Source: Octopus bimaculoides (lineage: Eukaryota). Taken from it: a DNA stretch of 64,000 nt. The notes below the pieces were generated by a model, which was not told the origin of the DNA, did no database searches, and saw nothing but the letters and a program-made list of their open reading frames with translations. The translations under genes and the position numbers were made by a program. Shown here in pieces: positions 48,049 through 61,241 of this stretch. The first letter of the stretch is position 1. The number at the start of each line of letters is the position of its first letter. The DNA lies in contig NC_068998.1 in assembly GCF_001194135.2 (NCBI RefSeq), positions 32,884,088 to 32,948,087 of the forward strand, read 5' to 3'.

Positions 48049-48605
48049 TAAGTAAATATGACAGCAGTTGTTGCTCTCAACAACTCTTGATACTCTTCTT
48101 AGTCTTTATCTCTACTTTAACAATCATTATCAGTCACCTTTGAATATTTGGTGCCACATTTGCTTGTACAATTCAGTCATTCAGTATGCCATATCACCAT
48201 TAGATAAGAACGGAAAATCAAATTATTCTCCCTTCTGAAAGCTAGATTTTAAAAAGTAGTTAAAACCTTCTTGTCTTTATTCATAAACTGTTTCTATCAC
48301 TTCTTCAGCAAACTTTTGATTTCTTTATAAAATGAAATGAAGACACCTGATAATGATATCTTAGAAAATATTTTTAGCTTGAAGAAAGTATTATTTAGTT
48401 TAATCAAAACTTGGAAACAATTATTTAGCAGTGACAAAGAGTTCGCATTGCAGAGAATATTTCTCCTCATTTATATCATTCCCTCAGTTCATAAGCCATC
48501 AAAGAAATTTCCTTAAGAACTACTACTGTTGCTACTGCAAACAGACATATTTACACATGCACGTGCACACACACACATGTATGTGTATATATATGTGTGT
48601 GTGTG

Positions 48606-48639
<34 letters not shown>

Positions 48640-49245
48640 TGTATGTATGTTTGTGTAATATGTCATCTGAAGCTATTCAGTGCATTTACGTAGCTATTTC
48701 TCTCATTTCAGAAGCTACCTAACTTGAAATTAAAAATACAATAGTTTCTTAGAATGAATGCTGTTCAGATATAGAATTTAAACACTTTTTTCTATAGAAT
48801 GTGACTGGAAACATTTTGTAGAAGTTAGCCACAGTACACAATAACATAAGATTCTCAGATAAAGGAACAGAAATATTTCTTTTTACATATTTATAAATTT
48901 TGCACTCCAACTTATAGAGATCTATTTTTGTTGGTGCAGGAAATGCAAGGATGAAAAACATTTTAAACTTAACTTTCTGAAAAATTTATTTTTATATCTT
49001 TCATTTGACTAGTTCAGAGTATAGAAAAGGAAAATAATAAAGTAGGAAACTCTGTATTTACTATGAATTTATTAACATTTCATTCATTCATTGCACTAAG
49101 CATAGACAAGGGAAGAAACTTTTACATATTTTTCATGTGTATAATATGCACACCTCACATACACACACCACATGTACACACACATGCTCTCTCATCACAC
49201 ACATATTAATTATATATACAAGGAAATAAAAACCACTGTCATATA

Positions 49246-49294
<49 letters not shown>

Positions 49295-50104
49295 GCATGT
49301 ATGTATATAGATATAGATAGATAGATAGATAGATTGATTGATTGATTGATTGATTGATAGATAGATATAGATATAGATATGCATATATACAGATAGATAA
49401 ATATATAGATATATGTTTGTGTATATATGATTGTAGTTTTTATTTCCTTCCAAGAAATTTGCATAAGGGCCATATATGCTTACGTGCTTAATGGAATTCA
49501 GTCATGTAAAATACAATAAGTATTCATAACAATGGCTTATATTATGGAACAGTGGTAGAAGAATATCTTTCAGTTTGGAATAAATAGTTTGGTGAATTAT
49601 TCTCTACATCTAATGTACTGGAAATTTAGTTCATTGTCAGTTTCACTGAAATGGTTCTACCTTCCTTGAACATATATCATTTCATTTAGGTTCTGTATTA
49701 GACCACAAATTGATCATGCATACTTTAGTTGTGTTGTGTATGTCCACATGCTGCTTTACCAATATCTGGTAATGTAGTATTACTGTTGTTCCTAAAAGTG
49801 TTACCTAGAAGTTCTGATTATATTTTATTTTTCAGTCCAAAAGGCAGACAACAAAACTCCAAGAAATTTAGAAAAATAAATCATAACTAATGTAAATATT
49901 ATTCAAAGAAGATCATCATTGTTGTCATCATTATTATAATCTCATCCCTAGCATTAAAAGCACTGTCCACCATTATCATCATTACTTTCACTTTCACCCT
50001 CTTCCTCCCTTTCTTTTCCTTATCAAACTCCTCCTACTCCTTGTCATCATCATCAAGAAAGCTGGCAACAAGATTTTTAGGAACCCTCACCAAATCAGGC
50101 TCTG

Positions 50105-50135
<31 letters not shown>

Positions 50136-50279
50136 AGAGTCAGAAGTTAAAAACCCAGATTATAAAAACATGATATTTAAATCAAATTATAACAGCAGTT
50201 CACTTACTTTATATGTAGAACATAATAATTACTCTACCTCTCCTTCATTTTCTCTTAAAAGAGTAAATGACTCATTATC

Positions 50280-52000
50280 TTATGCCTGCTTTCTTTTGCT
50301 TATTCTTCTTTCAATTGTTGAATCTTTTCCATAATCCCATATAGTGTGTTCCATTGCATTTCTGGTAACAGATTACTTTGTGAGAAATCTCTTTTTGACA
50401 GTGTCTTCTTTTAAAGAATTTAGTGCTTCCCATTTTGACACAATTCATTAGAGAATATTTTCGCAATGGATGTTAAAGAAATAACAAGACATAAATTGGT
50501 AATAAACTTGGACTACATATCACCTATTGAATTATGAAGTCCATGTTTTATATCTATTGACCTGTAGCAGTATTTAGGAATAGTTTTTGTAGACAAAAAC
50601 TGTCTGCTCTTAAATAATATTTTCTCCACTGATCATCAAGATCATTAAAACAGCCAGCACAATGGATAGGAAATGAACAACTAGTGGAATAATAGACATA
50701 CATGCTGGGATCATAAGTTATTTTGGTGCCTAGTTTCTTTAATTTAGCAATAATTCCTTCTTTACTGAAAGGAAATCTTTCAGTTATTTGAATTCAAATT
50801 CTGCTATGAATTTCAATCAGTCAGTCCTAAATCTGCTACTAATGATTTTTTTTTACAAAATAGCTTCACAAATGAAATGACCTGCTGCTTTTCCTCCAAT
50901 TAATATTTTTGTAATTACTTTCATTGTTTGGATCAACAACTCATCTTTCATAAAGAACTGCAAGAGCATTGGTATTTTGATATTATTAAACACAGATAAT
51001 ATAACCTGAAATACTCAAACAGGGATTCAACATTCAGTAAAAGCATTGCAATATCACTGTAACTGTTTCTCAAGAAAGCAACCATGTTTCAGCAAGTTTA
51101 GATATTCTGTAGCGACAGTTTCATCAATAAGTTCAAATTCCCAATATCTCTTTTGCTGTGTGAAAAATAATGTATTCAATTTTTTACAAAAGCTTTAAAT
51201 ATGAGAGCAATGCAGCAACAGCATAATCAGCAAAAGAATAACTGATGCAACTCATAAAAGAAACATCAGCTTTCAATAATTTCTGGAAAGTTAAATGCAC
51301 ATCATCACGGTGGAACAATTGTCACTCGCAAATCCAATAATAATTTGTAGAGGAATATTTCTGTCATTCAAGATAGATTTGACAGAATTGTAAGGAACAA
51401 GAGTCATTCCACTTTCAACTACAATAGTATCTTGCAATGCATCTACAACATCATACTCATTTAGATCAAAGCATCTCTCAAATAAAGCCAAAAATTTGGT
51501 TAACTGAAATGTCTGCATTGTCATCAATTATAATATAAAACTTTTGTATCTTACTGATGCCCATTATCAATATTTCATATGGGAAGACATTGCATCTTGA
51601 AAGATATACAAGTGTTTTGTTACTTCACTGATAATTTTTCAGTAACCTTATTATTTACTATGAGAGGATGACCATTCTTTGTAAATGGAATGCTATTTTC
51701 TGTAATATAAGCACTTCACTTTTGGCTTTCATTGACATGGAGTTTTTTGAGTTTCTTAGAGAAACATTGCTGCTTTTATAGTCACTGGTTCTTTATTTTT
51801 ATTTTATTAAGGCAAAATCTTAAATTCAGGATTTAGTAGCCATTTTTCCTCGAATGACAGAAAATCCTATTTTCCCTTTTTACTTAGAATTTGCATTCCA
51901 TCACTCAGTATGTTAGAGATCAAATATAGTATGAATGTAACCAAGGCTGGATTTAGCCCTTAGGGGCACAAAAATTTATATACCAAAGTTCTTTTATTGC
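50280..52000 (-). mobile_element. hAT transposase relic
   Basis: FYIIIDDNADISV (first catalytic IIDE.TD motif); IIIGFASDNCSTVM (second D motif); KRDFSQSNLL near the C-terminus (ERxFS dimerisation motif). All are in the correct order on the minus strand. Confidence 0.75.
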
Positions 52001-52419
52001 CTGTAAATGGAATTCACAATTTAAACATGCATATAATGGTTAAATTCAAAAACAGTCAACCACTTTACCACTGAAAATCCAACTTTTCTTTCTGTCAGAT
52101 TCAAAACTTCAGAGTTGCCACCATCGACACAGACATAATGAAAGGTAAATCTAATGAGATCGTGGTCATACTAGAGTGGAGGTGAGTGGATGTGTGCAGT
52201 AGCTAAGATGGGAAAGAGCCTCTGCCAAGCTCTTCTTTGGCAAGAAATAGCAATAAAAATTCTTTCGGGCAATTAAAATTGATGGCAGGTGTGTGGGAGA
52301 CACTGTAATTTTTTAGAAGTAGAAGATAATGTAACTGTAGTAGTTAGTGTGGGATAGGATAATTAAGATGTGACTAGCTATAGGCAGCTCAAAACCAGCA
52401 CTTAACTCCACATATACTC

Positions 52420-53465
52420 CAGACAGAAGTACCATTTCTATGAGATCCATCTGTCCTCTACCTCAAAGGTGATTATCTGCAACTTCATTATCATGATGGT
52501 TCCTATGACATATATTGTGGGGATGGATATGGTTCAGTAAATGAAGAGGGTGTAAAGCTCATGGACTTCTGTGATACAACTGATCTAACAATTTGCAACA
52601 CACTTCAAGAAACTGACCAACTCTCTCATCACCAACCAATCTGGTGACACATGAGTCAGATAGACTTCATTCTCATTTGGAAGTCAGATAAACAGGACAT
52701 AGTAAATACCAAAACCTTTCCTGGAATTCATTGGATTAGAGAAAGCATTTGATTGGGTGCTCCATTTAGTGATGTGATTATCACTAAGGAAACTTGTTAT
52801 AGATGAATGGCTTGTGATGGTTGTACAAGCTATGTACAAAGATGCAGTATCAGTAATTAAATGAATTTTGTATGAACATGTGGATCTATCAAGGCTTAAT
52901 CTTCAGCTCTTTTCTATTCATCATAGTCCAACAAGCCATTGCAGAGGAGTTTATGATAAGCTGTCTACAGAAACTCATATATACTGATAATCTAGTTCCC
53001 CTTGCTGTATCTATATTGGAACTAAAGAGGAAAGTTTTGGTTTTGAAGCTGAAACTAGAATTAACAGGCCACAAGATAAATTTAACAAAGTCTCAGGTGT
53101 TAGCAAGTAGGAAAGAAGACAGGATCCTTATCATCTGGTAAATGGCCTTGCTAAATATGTAGAAAAGGAATAGGTGTAAATTTTATACATGCACCTAACG
53201 TATAAACACATAGGTGAAGTGGGGTGAAAAACTGACTAGCAGAAAAGTTTTGTGACAGATACACTGGGACAATACATTGTATGATCACACTGGAAATAGA
53301 TTATCTTAAGTACTCATATGGATATCTAGATGTTGTCAATAGTTTCTGTTGCACAGGAGACAAAATTAGCTGAAAAGGTGGTTGCTCAGAAAGTATAGAA
53401 GTCAGAGTAAACAGAGGTGAGCAAAAGTTCAAGGTGCTTTTACCATTGCTGGGGAACAAAGGTAT
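52420..53465 (+). mobile_element. Old, heavily deleted RTE LINE relic (APE and RT pieces)
   Basis: GYGSVNEEGVKLMDFCDTTDLTICNT; QIDFIL; FIIVQQAIAEEF..LIYTDNL; NLTKSQVL; ..KFKVLLPLLGNKG. Confidence 0.8.
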
Positions 53466-53637
53466 TTTTTTTTTTTGCAGTAGTATCTTACTATAATGTT
53501 TTTTGTTTAGTGTATTTATATTCTTCATGAAGAAGTGTATAGAATATTACTGCATCTTTTTTTAATTCATGTTTGGAAAACACTCATAACAGAATGGAGC
53601 TATAATATTTTGTTTTTCTATATATTACTTGACATAA

Positions 53638-53668
<31 letters not shown>

Positions 53669-54449
53669 TGCACACACACACACATGTCCACACACACATG
53701 TCCACATATACATGAACTCACATAAAGACAGGCAGAAATATATACAAGATTTTTCTATATGTGGTGTGTATTTGGAAGTGTATGTATGCAATTAATATGC
53801 ATAGATGTGTTTTATGTCTATTACTATAAAATCATAACAGCTTTTCAATAAATAGAGTTTGTCAGGATAAGTACCAGACAGAAATACTGAATCTGTGTGA
53901 TTGACTATATTCCTTGAACCCAGGGTAGCCACGGTTCAATAACTGAAAGCATTAGATGAGTTAAGCAAAATACTTATAAGTTCCACATCTCATTAAGATA
54001 TCATCCTATTGAATTCAGTTAAGTTTTCTATATAGAAACATAAAAAAATAATTTATTTCAAGTCTTATGCAAGGGAGATTTATCATCTTTCCAATATATT
54101 TTAGTTAGTATTTCTTACTAACGACCAAAAACAAAAAAACCAAAAAAAAAAAAAAATGGAACAATTAAATATAATCTTGCGATTGTCATTAATGCAAGAA
54201 ATATACTTTACCTTCTGTTACAACCTTTTTAAAGTTGTTACAAGACTATCAATCACTGAATGTTGACTTTGGCTGAATTGAGCCTCATATTGTTTTGCAG
54301 CAGTTAAAACAGTGCATATGTAGACTATCTTCCCAGTTAATCTTCAAAATACATTATTTGGTTTATCTGTCATGGTATTTAATATTTAGTGCACAATGAA
54401 AATTATATAACATGCCATAAAGTAGTTCTATATTTAAGAGATGTGGAAT

Positions 54450-55390
54450 TCATCATTATCGTTTAACATCCGCTTTCCATGCTAGTATGGGTTGGACAAT
54501 TTGACTGAGGACTGGTGAACCAGATGGCTACGCCAGGCTCCAATGTGATTTGGCAGAGTTTCTACGGCTGGATGCCCTTCCTAATGCCAACCACTCCAAG
54601 AGTGTAGTGGGTGCTTTAATGTGCCACCAGCACGAAGGCCAGTCAGGCGGTACTGGCAACGGCCATGCTCAAAATGGTGTATTTTATGTGTAACCTGCAC
54701 AGGAGCCAGTCCGGCGGCACTGGCGATGACCTCGCTCGAATGTCTTTTCATGTGCCACTGGCACAAGTGCCAGGAAGGCGACGCTGGTAATGATTATGCT
54801 CAAATGGTGCTATTTACGTGCCACTGGCGTGGAAGCCAGACAGCTGCTCAGACGGTGCCCTTAGTGCTCCACTGNNNNNNNNNNNNNNNNNNNNNNNNNN
54901 NNNNNNNNNNNNNNNNNNNNNNNNNNNNNNNNNNNNNNNNNNNNNNNNNNNNNNNNNNNNNNNNNNNNNNNNNNNNNAAGCCGAGTTTAGTGTCCAATGA
55001 AGGAGACGTTGGCATGGGTGCCAATCATCGAATTTAGTTCGATTTCGATTTCACTTGCTTCAACAGGTCTTCGCAAGTGGAGTTTAGTGTCCAATGAAGG
55101 AATGGTACACATAAGTGGGCTGGCTACACCCCTGGCAGAGGCCTTGGATTATGGTCTCACTTGGCTTGCTGGGTCTTCTCACGCACAGCATATTTCCAAA
55201 GGTCTCGGTCACAAGTCATTGCTTCGGTGAGACCTAATGTTCGAAGGTTGTGCTTCACCACCTCATCCCAGGTCTTCCTGGGTCTACCTCTTCCACAGGT
55301 TCCCTCAACCACTAGGGCGTGGCACATTTTCACACAGCTATCTTCATCCATTCTTGCCACATGACCGTACCAGCGCAATCATCTCTCTTG
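54450..55390 (-). mobile_element. RTE LINE 3' fragment (ORF end plus UTR), contains a gap (N 54875-54977)
   Basis: MRWYGHVARMDEDSCVK..GRPRKTWDEVVK..EKTQQAK*; UTR modules; tail gttaaacgataatgatg. Confidence 0.9.
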
Positions 55391-55451
55391 CATGTACATT
55401 ATTTACATTATTTACATTTGACGGATATTTGTCCTCATCTTGTTTGTTGTT

Positions 55452-55497
55452 AACACAGCGTTTCGGCTGATGTACCCTCCAGCCTTCTTCAGGTGTC
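55452..55497 (-). ncRNA. Minimal type-I hammerhead-ribozyme-like motif (left copy)
   Basis: Minus strand: GACAC-CTGAAGA-A-GGCTG(gagggtacat)CAGCC-GAAAC-GC-T-GTGTT. Stem I GACAC/GTGTT and stem II GGCTG/CAGCC pair; the U16.1 position is C, so it is probably inactive. Confidence 0.6.
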
Positions 55498-55544
55498 TTG
55501 GGGAAATTTCGAACTTGGGTTCTCATTCCTAACGTATTTTTCAA

Positions 55545-55621
<77 letters not shown>

Positions 55622-55911
55622 GGAGAGTATTGTAGTTTGCTTGAAGCATTGTGTATTGTTCGTAAAGAATAAAAGTTTAGAATGGTACAACAATGCACTA
55701 TAAAACAAAAAATGGACTATATACCTGTTGTAATAGATAGAAGACACCACTGGAAAATACGAAAACTAAAAGAAGTTGCACATATACTAGGTCACAACAA
55801 CCTCCTAAGCAGACTGAGTGCAGATATGAACAGCATATGGGAACTGGTATTAAGGAAGGATAGAAAAATATTAGATTTATAAGCCCTAAAATTCACTCCG
55901 TAATTGCCCAC

Positions 55912-55984
55912 GGGCAAATGGCATAGTGGTTAACAGTGCAGACTACTAACCCCAAGATTCCGAGTTCGATTCCAAGCAGTGACC
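55912..55984 (+). promoter_or_regulatory. tRNA-like cassette with Pol III A and B boxes (not a functional tRNA)
   Basis: A-box TGGCATAGTGG (55919-29), B-box GTTCGATTC (55964-72) and anticodon-like loop CTACTAA. Acceptor and anticodon stems do not pair well. Confidence 0.7.
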
Positions 55985-56070
55985 TGAACAATAATAACAA
56001 TAATAATAATAATAATAATAACATCGAAAAATACATTAGGAATGAGAACCCAAGTTTGAAAATTCCCCAA

Positions 56071-56116
56071 GACACCTGAAGAAGGCTGGAAGGTATATCA
56101 GCCAAAACATTGTGTT
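56071..56116 (+). ncRNA. Minimal hammerhead-ribozyme-like motif (right copy, mutated core)
   Basis: GACAC-CTGAAGA-A-GGCTG..CAGCC-AAAAC-AT-T-GTGTT; G12>A and stem-III G>A changes relative to the left copy. Confidence 0.5.
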
Positions 56117-56403
56117 AACAACAAACAAGATGAGGACAAATATCCATCGAATGTAAAAGCATCTGAAAGTTATTCTATAAATATACTTCTAGTATAATAT
56201 ATATCAATTTTGGAGTTATTATTCTCTAGATAGCCATCATAAAATGTGTTCAACCTGAAAGGTTCAAAAATTACATTGCAAATGGTGGTGCAGAAAAGAA
56301 TAATGCTAAATCATTCCTTTGCACTGGTATATAGTCATATTTATTGGTTTTCTATAGGAGACATAACCTTGAAATTATTTCAGAGCAAGGCTAGATACAT
56401 ATA

Positions 56404-57679
56404 TCAGGTCTTTAAGAATGAAATGTCTGAAAGTTTATTTTACTTTATCTCAACAAAATGCAATGCAGTTAATCAAAGTATGCACCTAAATTATCAACAC
56501 AATTTTGTCATTTTATTGGTAGCTTATTTATGCCAGCAGCAAAGAATTCTGGAGAGCAAGAGGTGATGAAATCATGAAAGGCTGTTTCTACATCTTCTTC
56601 AGATTTGAAGTTTTGTATCATCCTCAGATTTGTCTAATGCCTAGAAAACGTGATAATCAGTTGGTGCAAGGTCTGGTGAATTTGATGGATGACAGAGTAC
56701 TTCCAAGTTCAGTTCCTGTAACTTGAGTAGTGTTCTTTGTGCAACATGTGGTTGAGGATTGTCTTGCAAGAGAATTGGCCTGTCTCTACAGACTAATCTC
56801 GGTTGTTTAATTCCAAGTTCACTCATCACTTCATCCAGTTGGTTGATGTATATATCCTCTGTAATTGACTTACCAGGTCTCATGAAGCTGTTGTGGATGA
56901 CACCAGCAATGGACTACCAAACAGATACTATTAGCTTTTTTTGGTGAATATTCTTTTTTGGATTGTGTTTTGGCACTTTGTCTCTATCCAGCCACCATGT
57001 AGAATGCTTGCTATTGTTGAAAAGAATCCATTTTTCATCACATGTAACAATGTGATACAAATATGGTTTGTTTTTATGCCATGACAGCAAAGAACAGCAA
57101 GTTTCAAGATGATGTGTTGTTTGATGCTTGTTCAGTTCATGTGGTACCCACTTGTCCAGCTTCTTTACTTTGCTGATTTATTTCAGATGGTTCAATACAG
57201 TTGGAATCGAAGCATCAAACCTTGCTGCTAACTCATGCATAGTTTGAGATGCATTTGCTTCCACTACAGTTTCCAACTCATCATTATCCACCTTGGTCTC
57301 AGGTCTACCACAGGGCTGTTTTTCAAGAGTAAAGTCACCAGACTGGAACTTCACAAATCAATTAACATTCAGTGCACTCATTCACCATATCTTTACCAAG
57401 CACTTCATTGATGTTTTGAGTTGTCTGGGATGCATTAGTTCCATGACAGAACTCATATTCATAAACAACAAGAATTTTTTATCTATCTATGGGTTCACAA
57501 AAATTGATTTACAAGAAAAAACCCACAATATAATCAGACACGATGAATTGCATTTAGAAAAGTGATGATGTAACTGTTCAATGTTGTAAAACAAAGAATT
57601 GTCAGGATAAAACATTAGAGTTAACGACTGTCAAACTTGGTGCATAAGAAAATCGGACATTTCATTCTCAATTACCTGA
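56404..57679 (-). mobile_element. Full-length mariner (1276 bp), DD34D transposase pseudogene
   Basis: TIRs TCAGGT..T.AGAATGAAATGTC.GA at both ends, each with an outer TA. Motifs WVPHEL, IVTCDEKW, LLQDNPQPH and SPDLAPTDYHVF (34 aa between D2 and D3); ends GAYFD*; stops and frameshifts present. Confidence 0.95.
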
Positions 57680-58523
57680 TATGCTATACATAAATTAAGT
57701 TTATAAGTTTGTGCTGCATATCTTTTTTTTTTTAATGTATCATAAGAAAGAGGGCAGTGGAAGACCAGACATGATAGATCAATACACTCAATAAAGAAAG
57801 CATTTCATTCTTCCAAGTTTGATCAATATTATTAACATTCATGCATTGGGGGTGAGTGATTCAATTAATTAAGAAATTTTTATAAGAATCACTTATAACA
57901 AAAGCCATGCAAGTATCCAGCAAAACCTTGGCTGGGTATCAAACATACACCTTTACAGTTCTGTCTTGTGATTTCATAAGAAAGAATATTCTCACCAGAA
58001 AAATAAATACAACATTTAATATAGATTTTAAAAACTGGCATAAGGTCAAAAATTTATAGGAGAAACGTATAGATGATTTAAATGACTATAGTAATAGCTT
58101 CATTGATCTTGTTGGAATGAAAGGAAAAGTTGGCCCTGATAATCTATGTGAAGAAACATATTTAAATGTGGGGAGACATCTTATCTAGTAGATTTCGATA
58201 TCTATTGCACTTCTGTGTAATATCTATTTCTAGCATAGGCTCAAGGCCATATTCTATTATTTTGAGAGGAGACGAGAAGAGCGGGTATAGTTGGTTATGA
58301 TCAATTTCTTGATTTGTACTTCATTTATTGAACCCAGATAAAAGAAAAAAAGTCATTCTGGAGGAGATCTGAAGTTAAAATAGCAAGACACTTTGTCCAA
58401 GACCTTACCATTTCAGTCAATCTACTGCCTATGAAATGTTTATTATTGACAAGCTCCAAATACAGTGGGATGAGCATCATGATTGTACCCACCATTGGAC
58501 ATACACACACATACGCACGCACG

Positions 58524-58574
<51 letters not shown>

Positions 58575-58577
<3 letters not shown>

Positions 58578-59025
58578 CCATATTTCACTGCCAAGCAGCA
58601 TAGCTGTTTACACACAGGCATCGTACAATCTGCCTTTCACTCTGAGGGAGAGGCCCTTCATTACCAACAGAGGTAGGAGCTCTCTGAACTTTGCCCCACC
58701 TATTTTTATTCTCTCACTTACACTCTCAGAACATCTACCTCCGCAACTGACTTATTCACCTAAATAACTGAAGCTATCAACTACTACCTTTCAGCCCCTG
58801 ATGGAGTCTATTTTCTGTACATTTTTTAGTGTTAATCATATCTGTGAACCTTCTACACACAAAAAGTAGTTTCCCTGTAGCCTTCCTCTGATATTGCTGC
58901 AGCGCTTATGTGTCCATAGCTTACACTGGATACATCTTATGGAGATTCTACCTATGCCGTTTCTACAGATTGAACAGGGCCATCTACCTGAAGGGATTTG
59001 TGATTTGTCTGCTTTCCTACTTACT
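58575..59025 (-). mobile_element. RTE LINE RT C-terminal fragment
   Basis: ELLPLLVMKGLSLRVKGRLYDACV*TAMLLGSEIW and the Cys-rich insert region; ends at the N gap 59026-59035. Confidence 0.85.
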
Positions 59026-59035
59026 NNNNNNNNNN

Positions 59036-59079
<44 letters not shown>

Positions 59080-59515
59080 CTAGTATATTATATAACTTTT
59101 ATCTTATAATTATTTCAGTCAGTCTACTTGAGCCAAACTGTTTTTAAAAGTTATTGTCTATTTAAAAATATCATTCAATATGGCAAGACATATTTACTCA
59201 ATAGTTACAGATACCAATGTTCAAGAGAAACAACTGGCAGAGCTAAATATGTTTCTTTTAAAATAGAAATACTCCAAAAGGCTTATAAATCATGCCACAA
59301 CCCAAGGAAATGAAATATCAGTCTCTGTCTTATGTAGTTACCTATAACACTATGAACCACAACATCCTACATTCGGCCAGGTGATACTAACTAATTCTAC
59401 AGCAATCATTAAATAATCTTGCATATTATTGCATACCAAATTGCATGATGCAATGTGTTAATGAATTTGCTACTGAAAGGCATGTAGTAATATCCATATC
59501 ATCCATTTGTTTCTA

Positions 59516-59518
<3 letters not shown>

Positions 59519-59550
<32 letters not shown>

Positions 59551-59614
59551 TTGTATATGTATGTATGTGTGTGTGTGTATATATCTATGTAAGTATATAT
59601 ACATATGTTTGTAT

Positions 59615-59699
<85 letters not shown>

Positions 59700-60228
59700 N
59701 NNNNNNNNNNNNNNNNNNNNNNNNNNNNNNNNNNNNNNNNNNNNNNNNNNNNNNNNNNNNNNNNNNNNNNNNNNNNNNNNNNNNNNNNNNNNNNNNNNNN
59801 NNNNNNNNNNNNNNNNNNNNNNNNNNNNNNNNNNNNNNNNNNNNNNNNNNNNNNNNNNNNNNNNNNNNNNNNNNNNNNNNNNNNNNNNNNNNNNNNNNNN
59901 NNNNNNNNNNNNNNNNNNNNNNNNNNNNNNNNNNNNNNNNNNNNNNNNNNNNNNNNNNNNNNNNNNNNNNNNNNNNNNNNNNNNNNNNNNNNNNNNNNNN
60001 NNNNNNNNNNNNNNNNNNNNNNNNNNNNNNNNNNNNNNNNNNNNNNNNNNNNNNNNNNNNNNNNNNNNNNNNNNNNNNNNNNNNNNNNNNNNNNNNNNNN
60101 NNNNNNNNNNNNNNNNNNNNNNNNNNNNNNNNNNNNNNNNNNNNNNNNNNNNNNNNNNNAATAAAACTGAATAATTACATACAGACAGGCACGCAGGCAT
60201 ATATACATACTCACAGACACCCACACAC

Positions 60229-60262
<34 letters not shown>
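59519..60262. repeat. (CA)n/(TA)n microsatellite block spanning a gap (N 59700-60159)
   Basis: Direct reading. Confidence 0.9.
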
Positions 60263-60264
<2 letters not shown>

Positions 60265-60644
60265 CAGTTTCAATGTCTTTTCAAAGAAGCTGCTATGATT
60301 TCAATAAATTAGATGTAGAGACAGTAAACAAGAAATATCACTTTATGTTAAGTGAAGCACAGTCGTCAAACTCATATCTCTACACACACACACTCACATA
60401 CACCAATATTTAAATTTATATTCTACTATTTAGCATAATGAATATACATAAATAGCTAAAGATATTGATAAATTAATATCTAACTGAATGAATATTATGC
60501 TGTAAATAAATGCTTAATTAAAGCAGTTATAGTAGAGTATGATAAATTGGAAATTTTCAGGTATAATTGCTACCTCAGATCAAGACATTTGCAAACCAAG
60601 CACTCAAATAGCATATTTACATGAACATTGGGATCAAATATATA

Positions 60645-60864
60645 CCCTTTAGCATTTAAACTGGCCATATCGAGCCCAAATATTACACCAGTTTTATATT
60701 CAAAATAGCCAGATCTGGTCTCTTATACCTACCCTACAATGTCATTCTAAAAATAAACAATCATATCCTCAGAATCTCAAAGCTACAAGATAAAACATGA
60801 GTAATTCAAAACAATGTGAATAGATAAGCATTACATTTGACAGAGTAATCTGAATGCTAAAGGT
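60645..60864. mobile_element. piggyBac-type MITE, second copy
   Basis: Left CCCTTTAGCATT and right AATGCTAAAGG(T); internal cctaccc..atgtcattctaaaaataaac..aatctcaa is shared with 20537-20758; TTAA flanks are degenerate. Confidence 0.7.
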
Positions 60865-61021
60865 TTATACACATAGCATCTACACATTAGAATTTCAGGC
60901 ATTTATGTTTAAAAATATATTCATCAATTTTGTATGCATACACGGTGGTGCACCAGCATGACCGCAGCCACCTGGCTGAAACCCATAAATAAATAAATAA
61001 ATAAATATGTTCATGCATACA

Positions 61022-61052
<31 letters not shown>

Positions 61053-61199
61053 CATAAAATTTTCGGGATGGCTAGAACAAAACACCAAGTTAAAGTCGGG
61101 GATAGCGCACCAGTTTACCAACAATGTGTACTGACATATATGTACTTACTAAAGTAGAACATAGTAAAAGATAAACCTACCAACCTGGTTACCAGCACA

Positions 61200-61239
<40 letters not shown>

Positions 61240-61241
<2 letters not shown>

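Larger units (their letters stand above)
55392..56156 (+). mobile_element. 5'-truncated Penelope-like element with inverted pseudo-LTRs
   Basis: ORF 55682..55882 VIDRRHHWKIRKLKEVAHILGHNNLLSR..MNSIWE (PLE EN C-terminus, RK.KEA.HI motif). About 140 bp at 55403-55545 is the reverse complement of about 56015-56156 (about 11 mismatches, mostly transitions). Confidence 0.8.

Noticed and set aside
55912-55984. Functional tRNA gene (anticodon ACT)
   Set aside because: Acceptor and anticodon stems do not pair, there is no Pol III T-run terminator directly after, and it is embedded in a repeat.
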